DNA of 63,807 bases, counting the filler, from Basidiobolus meristosporus CBS 931.73 (lineage: Eukaryota > Fungi > Basidiobolomycota): NCBI GenBank assembly GCA_002104905.1. It is 3 parts of 3 records of this genome, joined end to end, with 100 filler letters (N's around TTAATTAATTAA, not from the genome) between each part and the next. Parts side by side here need not be neighbours in the genome. Positions count along the whole stretch, not along the records: positions 29,453 to 51,489 come from MCFE01000982.1; positions 51,590 to 63,807 come from MCFE01001249.1; 1 more part is not named here. The stretch is one strand, 5' to 3'. Below are positions 46,046-57,885 of this stretch, one piece after another (positions within the stretch are counted from its first letter, which is position 1; each line of letters begins with the position of its first letter). Below the pieces are notes generated by a model. The model was not told the origin of the DNA and did no database searches. It saw only the letters and a list, made by a program, of their open reading frames with translations. Made by a program: the position numbers and the translations under genes.

Positions 46046-49000
46046 TTACAGCTTCTCGAGGTTGAACCACTTGTAGATGTCCGGCGGCTCTACGAACTGG
46101 ACCTGGACCATGGTTAGATACTGGTTGTCCATCAGCATGTCAAAGGGATCACTTACTCCAAGACGACTGGGCTCCATTGTCTCCTTGGTTGTAAGAACGA
46201 TGAAGTGCCTACATTCAGCCTTCAGCAAGCCTTGTAATTTGAGCATCATACCGATCGTTCCGGATTGGGCTTCGGCATCTGGTTTAGTCTAAATGGAGGA
46301 AGTGCATCAATACGGTTGCTATTTTGGGAGTTGACGCTGAGCCGTACCTCGTTTGAGCCAATGCACTTGATACGCTCGGATCGAATTAAGTCCTCCACAA
46401 TTTGGCAACTCTTGATTGCCCTAAAAAGTACGTTTGGTATGGATTCCAAGCATCGTTCCATTCGGGTTTACTTACGTCGCATGATGGTTCGCCGCCTCCG
46501 CACGAATAGCCTTGAGGGTAGAGTCAGATATGACGATTCTCCATTTCTCGACATACCGTTTCTGGGGAGACTCGCAAGCATTAGAGTCTAGAGAGGGGGC
46601 AAACGGCTGTTTGGTGAGCGCTTACCAGGTCTTTGTATTCCATTAGTTTGTGCAGGATCCTGTCGTTGGCCAACAGTAACTCGGTCGTCACTGTCACTAT
46701 ACCCCCCGAAGGGAAAACCATACTCGGCAACGCCTGCTCGGGTGATATGTTGACCGCGAAGCCAAATACGATGAAAGCAAAGGGCTCGCGTTGCTTCAGG
46801 TCATTGAGGCTTGGAATCATATGGATCTGACTCAATGACGAACGATGAATCTAGAGAAACACGCCATGAATATGCCTGCGCCATGCCCAAAATACGAAAC
46901 GTCTCAAAATGTACCAGAAGCGCATTTGTCTTGGGATCCTTCATAGTGGCGTCGATCGGTATGTTGCGGTCTTTCAGCAGCGCTTCCATCGATAGGACCT
47001 CCGGATGGTTTTCAGGGCCAAAAATCGATACTTGACTGTAGGGGCACTCGGTCTGCAGCAATATCAAATGGAAATCAGTTGACGTTGTATTATCCCGCAC
47101 CATATCCAACCTACCGTGAACCCAAGGAGACTTTCCCAAGTTCTGTGGTGCAAATTGGCCGGAGTTATAGGCCATTTCGAGGTGAATTCTACAGTTCTAG
47201 GCAGCCTATTGAAATCATAACAGAATTTAGCCAACATTCGAAGATGCGAGGCAACTGGGATGTCTAATACAGCTGGTCGTAGTGTAGTCCATCTTTTGCA
47301 AGTTTGGGGTCATTGATTAGCAGCATATATACGCGGCTCAAGTTATCTGATGGGTTCTGGAACAACGGGTGGATGTCAGGGTGCATGGGGGACGCAATGA
47401 CGACTAGATTCTTGTATGTGGTGATTCCAACCTGCAAAACAATGTTCAGGACAAATTGAATAAGGTCTGGGATCAGAGATGGATGGCATACCAGTCCTTC
47501 GCGTGCCAGGAATGACGTGAATCTACTAAGCTTCTGCTCGTCGCTATCCCTGTTGGCGAGGTGCACATAGCAAGTAGAGATGGCATTGTTTCGAAACGCC
47601 TGGTCGACTAGAGGCTTGACATATGAGCAGCGGATTGTCTTTGAAAAGCATATGCTGTTCTTGTCTTTCCTGTTAGGCCGGTTAATATGCATTGATGTCA
47701 CTATATTTGCACGCGCTCTATATTTACATGATCTCTAGTAGTTTGGTATCCTTGCTATCAGTCAGGCCCACGCGGACTAACCCTACTTCTTTGCTCTTCC
47801 CTTTGTACAAACGGCAAATCCACTTCATATGCGACCTCGTTGTTAGTTGTATGCGCAATGGTGATATGCTACGAAGTCTTACATCAGCGGAGTGCTCCTG
47901 GTTGGTCTTAGATTGTGCACCGGGCTTCTGCATGAGTGATCGCTCTTGCCCATTGAAACCCAAGCTATCGGAGGAATCCGAATCACTGCTCATACCCATA
48001 CTATTCGCCAGGCTCTTGCTAAACAGTGGGACCGAGCCAAACATCGCTTCGGCTGTGGATTGAGGCGTAAGAGCGGTCGCTCCAGTTTCAATCTTGTCTC
48101 TGTAGCTTGAGGAGGTGCTCAGCATGGCCGGTTTTCGCGGGTCTGATACACTCTTACTCATGATGACCTTGCGGCTATCTTTGTTCATTGGACTCACAGC
48201 TGACTCTCGGGCCCTGATATGGCTCAAGGAGTCAGGTTCACGAGCTCGAGGTGTATTAGGTGGATGACTAGAGCCCTGGGTCGGATTTGCCTTTGGCGTG
48301 TATTTCGGTCTATCAGGGTTGTTTATCTTTGGTGATTGGCTCGAGTCACGGATGGGGTTTGTTTTCGGTGAGCGATCAATCTCACCAGGCTTCACCTTGC
48401 TTCTCTCTGGCACAAAGGGGGGCTTGCGAACAGGGGATCTCGTTGGTGGAGACGATTCGATCGAGCCTAAGGGGTTGGATACCGATGCCCGTTCCTGTTG
48501 AGGTGCCGCTTCTGGTTCCGCTTCTTTTGAACTTGCTTGCGCAATCGCGGTTTGAGGTGATATGGAATGGTTTGGTATGACTGTCGGCAACACCGACTCT
48601 TTTTCGTAAGGGCGAGTTGATACGCGACGGGGGGTGGAGGGAATACTTCCGCGAGCCTTTTTAAATCTGGGAAGTGATGCGTATTGGCTGTTTAAGGTTT
48701 GGATCAGGTTTTCTATAGAAATGCAGGTTAGATGGCTTGGTTCTGGGTGCTTCTTAGTTGATTCATAACGTGCATATACCTCGTTCACGAAGTTGCTTCT
48801 CGTATTCCAATTCAGTTTCCGACTAATATTCATAATGGTGATAGTTAATTCGTTGAAAGATTTGGAGTAAACCTTGTTTGTCTCAACTCACTCTCAGCGC
48901 AGAAGCATCGTATCCGTGCTTTCGTTTGTACCCTGCAGGTGCTTCTGTGCTGTTTTTGGCCTTTGATTTCGAAGGTGCAAGGGTACTCTTGAACTTTGCG

Positions 49001-49703
49001 ACGGAAGAAAAGCCGCCGGCGTTTTTGTTTGATATCCTTTGAGACTTTTCTCGGGTGGCAATCTATCATGTCGAAGTGTAAAGATAGGTGTGTATCAATA
49101 TCACAGCGAACAGATGGTATTTACTTGGGGATGAGAGCTGGTCGATGGCTCCTTGTCAGACTCGAAATAAACGCTTTTGAGGCCGGAGCGGTCGAGAAAG
49201 TCTTGCAAAAGCTCTGGGCAATTTAAATGATCCAATGGCTCCCAGCTATAACACGTAGAAAGGTAAGTGCTTAATATCGAACCAATTGAGAAGGTGAACC
49301 TACGTCAGTTCATCGTATCCGCGCCATTTTATCAAGTACCATTCTTCTTTCTGGCTCATATACATGGTTATTGTGCTGTTCTATTCAGGAGAATATTCAC
49401 CGGACGTCAAATCAATACCTTGACAATTTTTTGCTTCATGATGTCCTCCACCTCCCATTCATTATCCCCTGCCTCATCACTACCCTCTTCCTCATCCTCC
49501 TCTTCTTCCTGGTCCTCTTCCTCGTCACTGTCATTTTTTCCCGATACTTGAACAAGTTTGGATCGCCGCGGCGTTATGATCTCAACTTCAAAGTTGTTCT
49601 TCGGGATCTCTTGTTTGTAGTCTCCATCGCTCTGATCTTCTTCTCCTACGATGAAATCCTTTAAACTGTCATCCGAAGAAAGCTCATCAAGCCAATCGGT
49701 CAT
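46046..49703 (-). CDS. Large multi-exon chromodomain protein, Chp1-like architecture
   Basis: Spliced chromodomain EWEVEDIMKQKIVK|KEEWYLIKWRGYDELT|WEPLDHLNCPELLQDF, a long S/P/K/R-rich linker, then globular C-terminal segments (FPSGGIVTVT, CRHFIVL). C-terminal exons are not fully resolved. Confidence 0.75.
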
Positions 49704-49990
49704 GTCTGCCAGTTGTACACCAAACCGTTATAGCGCGTCTACCTAAAGTTATTAGATAAACAGAAAATAAATCACGAATGTGACCGATGCTAGGAATAGG
49801 GATTTAACAAACAAAATCGAGGGATACAACTTTCGTCTCCATTTTCCTTTCCAATGGCAGTGGCAAGGACGTTGACTATCTTTTGGGGGACTTTGAGAAA
49901 AAAAGGCCCACTAGGAAAATTTCGCATTTTGTATCAGAAAAATTGATATAGCTGTTGATAGACTTGTAGTGGTTTCTCGAGAAAGTCAAT

Positions 49991-50968
49991 ATGCTCAGCT
50001 CAAGGTGTCAAATCAATACTCTTGGTAAGCCCATCTCGCCTATAGATCTCGCCATTTGGTTGCAAAAAACTAAGACACCACAGCCTCGGCTTTCAAGCTT
50101 TGCAGAATTAACGGCTCGCGCAGCGCAGGTGTTGGGTGGGTTATTCCTTCGTCAGTTTTATCACCGTATAGATATCTAATACCTTATATCTTTGGCTTCG
50201 AAGTATCCGTTACCTCCACTCCACTTCACCCAAGCTTGATTTATCTCGACCTGAGGTGTCTGCTTCTCCTTTATTCGAACAAATTGCTGAGAAAGTTGAA
50301 ACTGAGGTAGAGAAGAAGGGTAAAAAGGCCATCCTCGGAGGTGAAAAAGCCCAAAATGAAGTGCTTGGAAAAGAGGTATATTTCGCATGCCCTTACTCTA
50401 TTCCCATGTATCTCGCTTGCTTATCTCTCGATTGAAACGCCGCATAGTACCGCTTTTCTACCGCCAACTTCAAAGGTAGTCCAAGAAAGCTTCGTTTTAT
50501 CTCTAAGCAGATTGCTGGTCTCCCCTTGGACAAGGCCATTGTCCAAATGGAATTCTCTCCCAAACGTTCCTCGAACAAAATCCTCCACAACTTGACTTTC
50601 TTGCGTAAGAACGCTCAACTTCAAAAGGATATGGATCCCAAGAAGATGTATATTGGTAAGCAACTGCTTTGTCCTGACGCGATCTTATCGAATGAGTCGA
50701 TTTACATTTCTCCTTTTTCATAGCCCAGGCCTGGGTCGGCAAAGGACAATATCTCAAGCGTGTTCAACCCCACAGTCGTGGAAGACATGGAATTAAGCAT
50801 CATCCAAGTGCTCACATGAAGTTTATCGTCAAGGAAATAGAAGAACAGCCTGATCTTGGTAGAGCTAAGAGAAGAAATATCCATCGCTTCAAGGAAACCA
50901 AGAAAGTATGGACCTCCTTCGGAAATAACAAACCTGTATACAATCCCAAGCCTTATTACAATTGGTAG
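49991..50968 (+). CDS. MRPL22: Mitochondrial ribosomal protein uL22m, 5 exons
   Basis: Exons 49991-50024, 50084-50135, 50204-50375, 50448-50655 and 50724-50968. Presequence ...IRYLHSTS, FKGSPRKL...IAGLPLDKAIVQMEFSPKR, AQAWVGKG...HSRGR, and the end PVYNPKPYYNW. Confidence 0.93.
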
Positions 50969-51489
50969 ATTCTAGAAAATTTCCATCATTCTTAGCATTT
51001 CTTATTTCATCTTTATAAGGTCATCTCACTTAAAATAAATGGCATGAAAGAGTCTTCTCCCATAAACATTATAGCGCAAGTGTAGGGAATGCTAGTACTA
51101 TCGGACAAGTATGTGTAGAGCAAAGAGCAAGCCTCTGCGTTCATTCGAATGGCACCATTCAGTCCCCACACGTAACAATCAATTAGTATCTAGCAAATAT
51201 ATATATATGTATGCACGTAACGTAATGTCTTGGCCCTTTCACACGCATTGGTTCATAGCTCGATACAACATGTAAAATGAAACATCATCACCGTCATTCG
51301 TTAATGGTTTGACAGGCATCAGGGAACGGGATACAATGGTCCAATTAGCTCATTGTATTCCAGTGGGTGTAAAATGGTGCGTTAGATGCTAAATCGATCT
51401 TAGACTCTGAATCTTGATGGACAGCCAATGAAGACCGTTTAGTTTAAGTTCGCATACCAATAGAAGAGTCGAAGTAATACAGCAGGCAT

Positions 51490-51589
51490 NNNNNNNNNNN
51501 NNNNNNNNNNNNNNNNNNNNNNNNNNNNNNNNNTTAATTAATTAANNNNNNNNNNNNNNNNNNNNNNNNNNNNNNNNNNNNNNNNNNNN
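51490..51589. other. Assembly gap with artificial all-frame-stop linker
   Basis: 44 N + TTAATTAATTAA (51534-51545) + 44 N. Confidence 0.97.
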
Positions 51590-52032
51590 TCTGAATACAG
51601 GATGGAGCTTACCTGTGGATTTACAATCCAACAAATAATTCGCCACTTGCTAGGGATTTTTCCCCACTTCACTCCCCGTCAAACCAATATATTTACTAAA
51701 CAGATTACTAAGGAAAGAGTTATCGTATTGCTAGTAGATTGATTAATTTGCCATTAATAGGCTGATCCGTGCTGAACTACATATTAATTGCGGAAACCCT
51801 TTGCTATGCAGGCCAGGGTCCCACCAAGTCTGAACGAGTGTTGCCAAAAAATACAAAAACCACTAATTCTAGGAATATCCGGTCCCCGGGCTGACGATTG
51901 TCTACTTCTAGAACCACACCATGATTTGCTGAGTCCTGATTGGCAATCCTGGGCTTACAACTCGAGCTTTACGCATGGATAGAGGTGCCATACCAATATA
52001 AATTAAGCCATGCTAGGGGTAGTCATCTAACA

Positions 52033-53031
52033 ATGCCAGCATTTGATCTTGAAGATTTGGAGGCGTCTGTGGCAGAATGGGAGGAATTCCGTAAGAGCCT
52101 ACCGCCAACCGTTTTTGGTCCAGATTTCCTCAGCTTTAGAGAAAAAACGGATACCGCCAGCCACTTAGCCCGTTTCCATGATAGAAGCGGCTTTACAACC
52201 AGAGAGCAATTTATTCCCGTTAGGGACGCCAAGATCAAAGTTAGAATTTACGAGCCCAATCTTCCAAGCGGGAGTGGCCCTTACCCCTTGGTTATGCTCT
52301 ACCATGGCGGAGGCTTCTTTGCCGGAAATCTCGATACCGAGGACAGAGGAGCCTGTGAAATCTGCGTTGGTGTCAAGGCTGTCGTCGTGGATGTGGAATA
52401 TCGCCTAGCTCCTGAACACAAGTTTCCAATCCCCGTCAATGATTGCTTTGATGCATTGCAATGGGCACTTGCAAATGCCAACGAGCTCGATGTAGACGTC
52501 ACCAAGGTGGTCACCACCGGAACAAGTGCTGGGGGATCGTTAGCCCTGGCGGTCGCCTTGATGGACCTAGACTCAGGACATCGTAGAATCCACTTCATTG
52601 CAGCCATTCATCCCATTACATGCCATGTTAACCATTATCCAGAAAAATACAAAAATGACTTTCGCTCCATTGTGACCAACGCAGATGCTGATGTGTTTAA
52701 CATTCAAGGTGTGAACTTGGTGAACAAACTTTATCTTCGAGATGAACAAGTAGATGGCGCCAATCCATATTATTCCATGCTTCTAGCAACCAATCTAAGC
52801 AGCCTTCCCCCTACTTATATTGTTGTTGGTGGCAAGGACCCTTTGCGCGATGATGGAGTTGTGCTAGCAAAGGAACTGCTAGAGGTTGGAGTTCCATGCG
52901 AGTTGGATATCTATCGTGGGTACCCTCATGGGTTCATGATGTTTCCCTTATCAATAACAAATCCACACTACCGAACCTGGGTTGAAAAGATCTCCAACGC
53001 TGTGAACAAGACTTCGAAATCACGTGTTTGA
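52033..53031 (+). CDS. Alpha/beta-hydrolase fold-3 (HSL family) esterase/lipase, intronless
   Basis: HGGGF oxyanion motif, YRLAPEHKFP, nucleophile GTSAG, DPLRDDG and HGF. Confidence 0.93.
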   Translation: MPAFDLEDLEASVAEWEEFRKSLPPTVFGPDFLSFREKTDTASHLARFHDRSGFTTREQFIPVRDAKIKVRIYEPNLPSGSGPYPLVMLYHGGGFFAGNLDTEDRGACEICVGVKAVVVDVEYRLAPEHKFPIPVNDCFDALQWALANANELDVDVTKVVTTGTSAGGSLALAVALMDLDSGHRRIHFIAAIHPITCHVNHYPEKYKNDFRSIVTNADADVFNIQGVNLVNKLYLRDEQVDGANPYYSMLLATNLSSLPPTYIVVGGKDPLRDDGVVLAKELLEVGVPCELDIYRGYPHGFMMFPLSITNPHYRTWVEKISNAVNKTSKSRV

Positions 53032-56000
53032 TAGGATTCAGTATTCCCATCACAATAAAAATCCTGTGCTTGCTAGGCAAAAAAGATTAATGTCAGGATT
53101 AATTTGATGAAACCCAATACGTTCTGAATTGATGGACCAACATACTCTAGCAAAGTGTGATCAAGCCCTTTGTTAAATATACATTAGTCTACGGTACTTT
53201 TACCAACCGGAGTCATCCCATCCGCATATGAGCACATTAATCTTTAAGATTTAGGTTATGACGAAGAGGTACAGGAAGAGTCTGATTTCCAGAGTCTCCC
53301 GTAAGATGGAAGAACGCAGCCAATTTCGGATGGAAAGAAGTTACCGCGAATATTCAATAACAGCGTGCTGAATTCCAAGTTCAACTACCATGATATGAAT
53401 ATAATTCGTGTTTATCATGTGCATACTGTTCCAAAGTTATTCTTCGTGAATAGCGGCATTTAGCTCCATCTGTTTGCATACTACTGGAAATAGCCTGAAT
53501 TAACTCGTAGTTGATGTATGCAATTTCCCCAGTGAAAATGTTTATGACCCTGGTACAAGAATTATAGCCAACTGTCACATCCTTGGCGGCATCGCTGCCT
53601 TCGCACAGAAAACACATACCTACACAACTGGCCCGAGGCATGTACATTACTTCACGAAGTGCAAAACTATTGCTGTAATGTGCGTGACAGTATTATACTA
53701 GAATACCTAAGGCAAAAACGATGTTGATCGTGGCGAAGTGATAACCAACTACGTCAGTAACTGTAGCTAAATCGAAGGCAAATATAATGAATTTATGTTA
53801 GTGCATAGCGGATCAGGATAAATGAGTCACAGATTCATATCGATTGTACTCAATAAAATAACCACAGAAAATAGAGTAATCTTGTATGACTAACGGTGAT
53901 AAACTTATCGTAAGAGTCATGCCAAATATGACCACCGTGAGCGATTAATGGATGAGGAATTTTGACTGCACACAAGCTTTGCTCTATTAGCATTATATCG
54001 CATCTTCTATATGTACCCTGCTGATAATATTCGGTTTAACTCCTATATTTTTCATATATCTTAAATACATTCTTGTCTGGTTGCGAAATTATCAGTTGCT
54101 AACTTGAGATTCTGTTTGTTTTTTAGCAAATTCTTTGAATTTGTGAAGTCCTTCAAGTCATCCAAATGTTTCAAATTATATACCCAGCTCTTTAAGGCCT
54201 TCCGTAATGCTTAATATCATCAGTTGTGCCTAGCTTTCCTATTTATCTAAATTTTCTGGTTCTCTATTTCATCACATATACTCTCCGGCTAAATATATTG
54301 CTGCAGGCGACAGACACAACTGACAAAATACCAGAGTTTGTGGCTACTTCAACAAATAGCATTTAAGGCGCTGTTTACTCTCTCAAATACCCTATGCATG
54401 CTCCAGTTATAAAAACTAGTTGTAGGCTATCCCATAACTCAAGTGAAGCACAAGCTTTTGGCTTCAAATAGGATTATAACCCTACAATAAGTTAATAGCA
54501 GTGTCAGATTTAGTTGCACACTATATCTCTAAAGCATGGTGCCCCGCCACGAGCATTCTCCAGAATTTTGAGCAGCTTAGGGCAAACGTTTGAATTTGAA
54601 CATCATTCTGTATTGGTAGAGGCATTGGCAAACAAGTGTGTTATTCAAGTTTAAAGTGTGTCCTACTGCTGATATTCTATTTCCCTTTACCAACTTGCCT
54701 CCCAGTAAGTTTGAACTTGATCATCAGGATTATCAATATTGATATAAAGATTCCCACCTTATATATAATCCACAATAAGCACATATGGCTACTTTGCTAA
54801 AAATATTTGGAATACGGTGCTTTCCATTACCTCATTATCTCTGCCCTTAACTTGGGCCAATGAAAAAGCACCGCCATGGCACCCAAGCAACTCCTAACAT
54901 CTGACCACTAATTGCAACTATTTTATATGCGAAACAATCTGTTCTAGTATGTACCAATGTTGATGTGAAACCACTCAAAGACCTTATGAATAATGTAGTT
55001 ATGCTGGCAACCTGTTTCTTTGGGCACGGATGAACATGCTTAATCTTCTCCATAAAAACTTGGAGCTCACCGTACTTCTGATAAAACCCTACTACTTTGC
55101 ACTTTTAATCAAGTGATCTCAGCGTTCGGTACCAGATACACTCTGCGTATATGTTGCACAAGTCTATTTCAGAATAATACATTTTATGTTGCCTCCCTAC
55201 TTGTCAAGAGATGACAAAATATTACAGAGTGGACTCCATTCATCAAAAGCACTCAGTTCAAATTAATCTGAATCTTCGACAGTGACATATACAGCTGTTG
55301 ATATTGCTAAATTAAATGACGTTACATTTGGCTATTCACGGAGATCCAATAGCCAATCAACGAGAATTGATTACCATATTAAGAAGGCAGATGGAGTCAC
55401 TGTTTAGGTCATAATATTTAGCAATATTGCTGCCATGCAATCTCAACGCAAATAACGCAGCCATATTGCCGCAGCCATCTCTTTGTCGTCAATTGTCTAG
55501 AAGCGATTTGCAATGGCACCTGGCTAAATACGAGAGTATCATGTGAGCCGTCTTTTTATAGCTATACATGGTCACTTGTGGGGGAACAAGGTGGAGCAGT
55601 ATTGAGCGGTTAGGAATGGTCCTATCAGGCATGCATTGTCTTTCTGTCTACTGGGCTCCCAGCAAAGCCTACCCTATGTTGCAAAACATGGGCAAATTGC
55701 TTTAATTAAATCACCGCTCAGTTGTAGGGGAGTAAGCGCGTTGAAGAAGATGGATCGTAATATTTCATCCAGTAGGATTCTTGATGCGGATCCACAAACA
55801 AAGCAAACTCAACGATTGCTATTTAGTACTGCTCAGTTGTGTAATATCCATCCAATCACTGGCCTCCGCTCCATAGGCGTGACCGACTTGGAGGTGGATT
55901 AACAGATAGCAGCATCGTGGTAGGCTATGTTCCATATGTGCAGCATCTATTGTTAGGCCCTACATACACATATATACGCTCAACAACCCATCTCCAACTT

Positions 56001-56299
56001 CTCAATTGTAAACACTACCTTCCTCTCTCGCTCACTCCATTGTATATCAAGTCAACTCTACTACCACATACGCATATATTCTTCTTTCTTTTGGCTGGCC
56101 GTATCATACACTGTAAATTAAGTACTACACCAGGAATCAACACCACTGGAACTCCTCTTCTATTCAGCTCGTATTCCCACTCGCCTTTTTCGATATCTCC
56201 TTCCTCAGCACCGCACTTAGTTCGTCGCCTGTATTGAACCCAGCTAGTATACCAAATTTCTTCGCCAGCATACCTATTATAAATATTTAGCCGCCGAGC

Positions 56300-56599
56300 A
56301 TGTTTTCCTGGATTAACGACCAGGTATTTGGTAGAAGTCGGGAATCACGTTCCGGCCTTGATGGTTGCTTATCGGAGGATTGGGTGATCTTGCCGAGTAG
56401 CACCATTCACTGGTCATCCAACAATGGCCGTAAATCGAAGTCGCGCCAAAGTGGGGGATTGTTTGTTCCGCCTAGTCACCATCGCTTTGGCCGTGATATC
56501 ACTCGGTCCTACTTACCCAATATCACCGATCGGGATAACCTAATCAAGAAGCTGCAACATCGCGACAGCCCGCATCGCCTTCATTGGACTTCGAAATAA
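56300..56599 (+). CDS. Small protein (99 aa) with a LIR/AIM-like motif
   Basis: Intact ATG-TAA ORF downstream of a pyrimidine-rich leader; contains SEDWVIL. Confidence 0.5.
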   Translation: MFSWINDQVFGRSRESRSGLDGCLSEDWVILPSSTIHWSSNNGRKSKSRQSGGLFVPPSHHRFGRDITRSYLPNITDRDNLIKKLQHRDSPHRLHWTSK

Positions 56600-57885
56600 G
56601 AGTGGAGTCATCGTACGTAGGAGCTCACCATTCACCATCTTTTTCCAAGTAACACCGCAATGTGGTCTAGTTTTATTAGAAAATAAAGCGGAGCATTGCC
56701 CACTCACCCCCTTGCTGCTGCACTATCCCGGTTATGTTGATTCTTTTCTTTGTGAGACTTTATGCAGTGAATCAGAGCCTCCTCTTTACATATGGTTAGG
56801 CGAGTAAGAACCTCCCCATGAATATGCATCACTGATTTTAGAACTAGTCCTTAAACTCGCTGTGAGGGACGTTGTCTTACAATCCGTTCATCGTCCACTA
56901 TATCTTCAGTGAGTGCTTTGTATACCGAAGAGCACTGATCAATAGCCCTGAAATCCCCAACTAGACGAACATGCTTAGAAGCTGGATATACCGACATTCT
57001 AGTAGCCAGTAGCACCAAGCTTATCCTGAAAACACCCGAATTCCTGCATTATACTAGTCAATTCAACAATCCTTCCAGCATAGCCATTTCAAATAAAGGT
57101 CTCATTGCAGCATTAGCTTAACCTTCTTGCAAGTTGTAGGCTCCGATAAAAATGACTACTTTATTGCAACAACAAACTATCATTGTCAACAAGGTTCAGA
57201 ACGATCCATCCCAATGTTAGAATTCCATACCAACCACAGGTGGGTTGGTACAAGTGTATAGCATTAGTGTCCAATGGATGATTATTAAGTGATAATGATT
57301 AACAGTTTGAAACTAGTATAGGTCAAGCAGGAGAGGAGATTAAACATCCTGAATGATTTTCGTGATTGTTTATGCTTTCCCCTAATGAAGGTCCTGCTTG
57401 CTTGCAGCTTCAACATTTACAAATGTATATATATATATGTGTGTGTATACCTCTATGCTAAAATCATCCATCACTCCGGCTTATTCTCCGGTTAGATTGT
57501 AGTCTACTGAGTTCAATGCAAAGATCCTATTATAATCGGCACACAACAGATACAATAGACGCGACTTTTTGCATCACCCAAGTGCTTATTCCAAGCATGT
57601 GTCCTTTTCAATTCTAGTAATCTTTAAGACCTGGAGAAGAGTAAGGAACAGTGCGAGGAAATTTTAATTCTTGATTTCACCAGGCTATCCTCAGAACACC
57701 TGCACGAACTGACATCACCCTTCATTCATAAGGCGGGCCGAGGGGACTCTTCAGTCTTCAGAAAGCCTATTTTAAAATATTTCGTTCATCGTCTGTGTTT
57801 CTTTGTGGGCCCTTGATCTGTATTTCCAACGTTGACCTAATCTTACAAGCGCTCTGTTCACTCCCCTACCTTCAATAGTCTTAGG

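Noticed and set aside
54000-55100. Protein-like snippets on the minus strand (e.g. GQMLGVAWVPWRC)
   Set aside because: Too fragmented; no catalytic motif such as HExxH follows.
57424-57448. (TA)n(TG)n microsatellite; similar short TA runs at about 24770 and 51197
   Set aside because: Ordinary short simple repeats in UTR or intergenic DNA.
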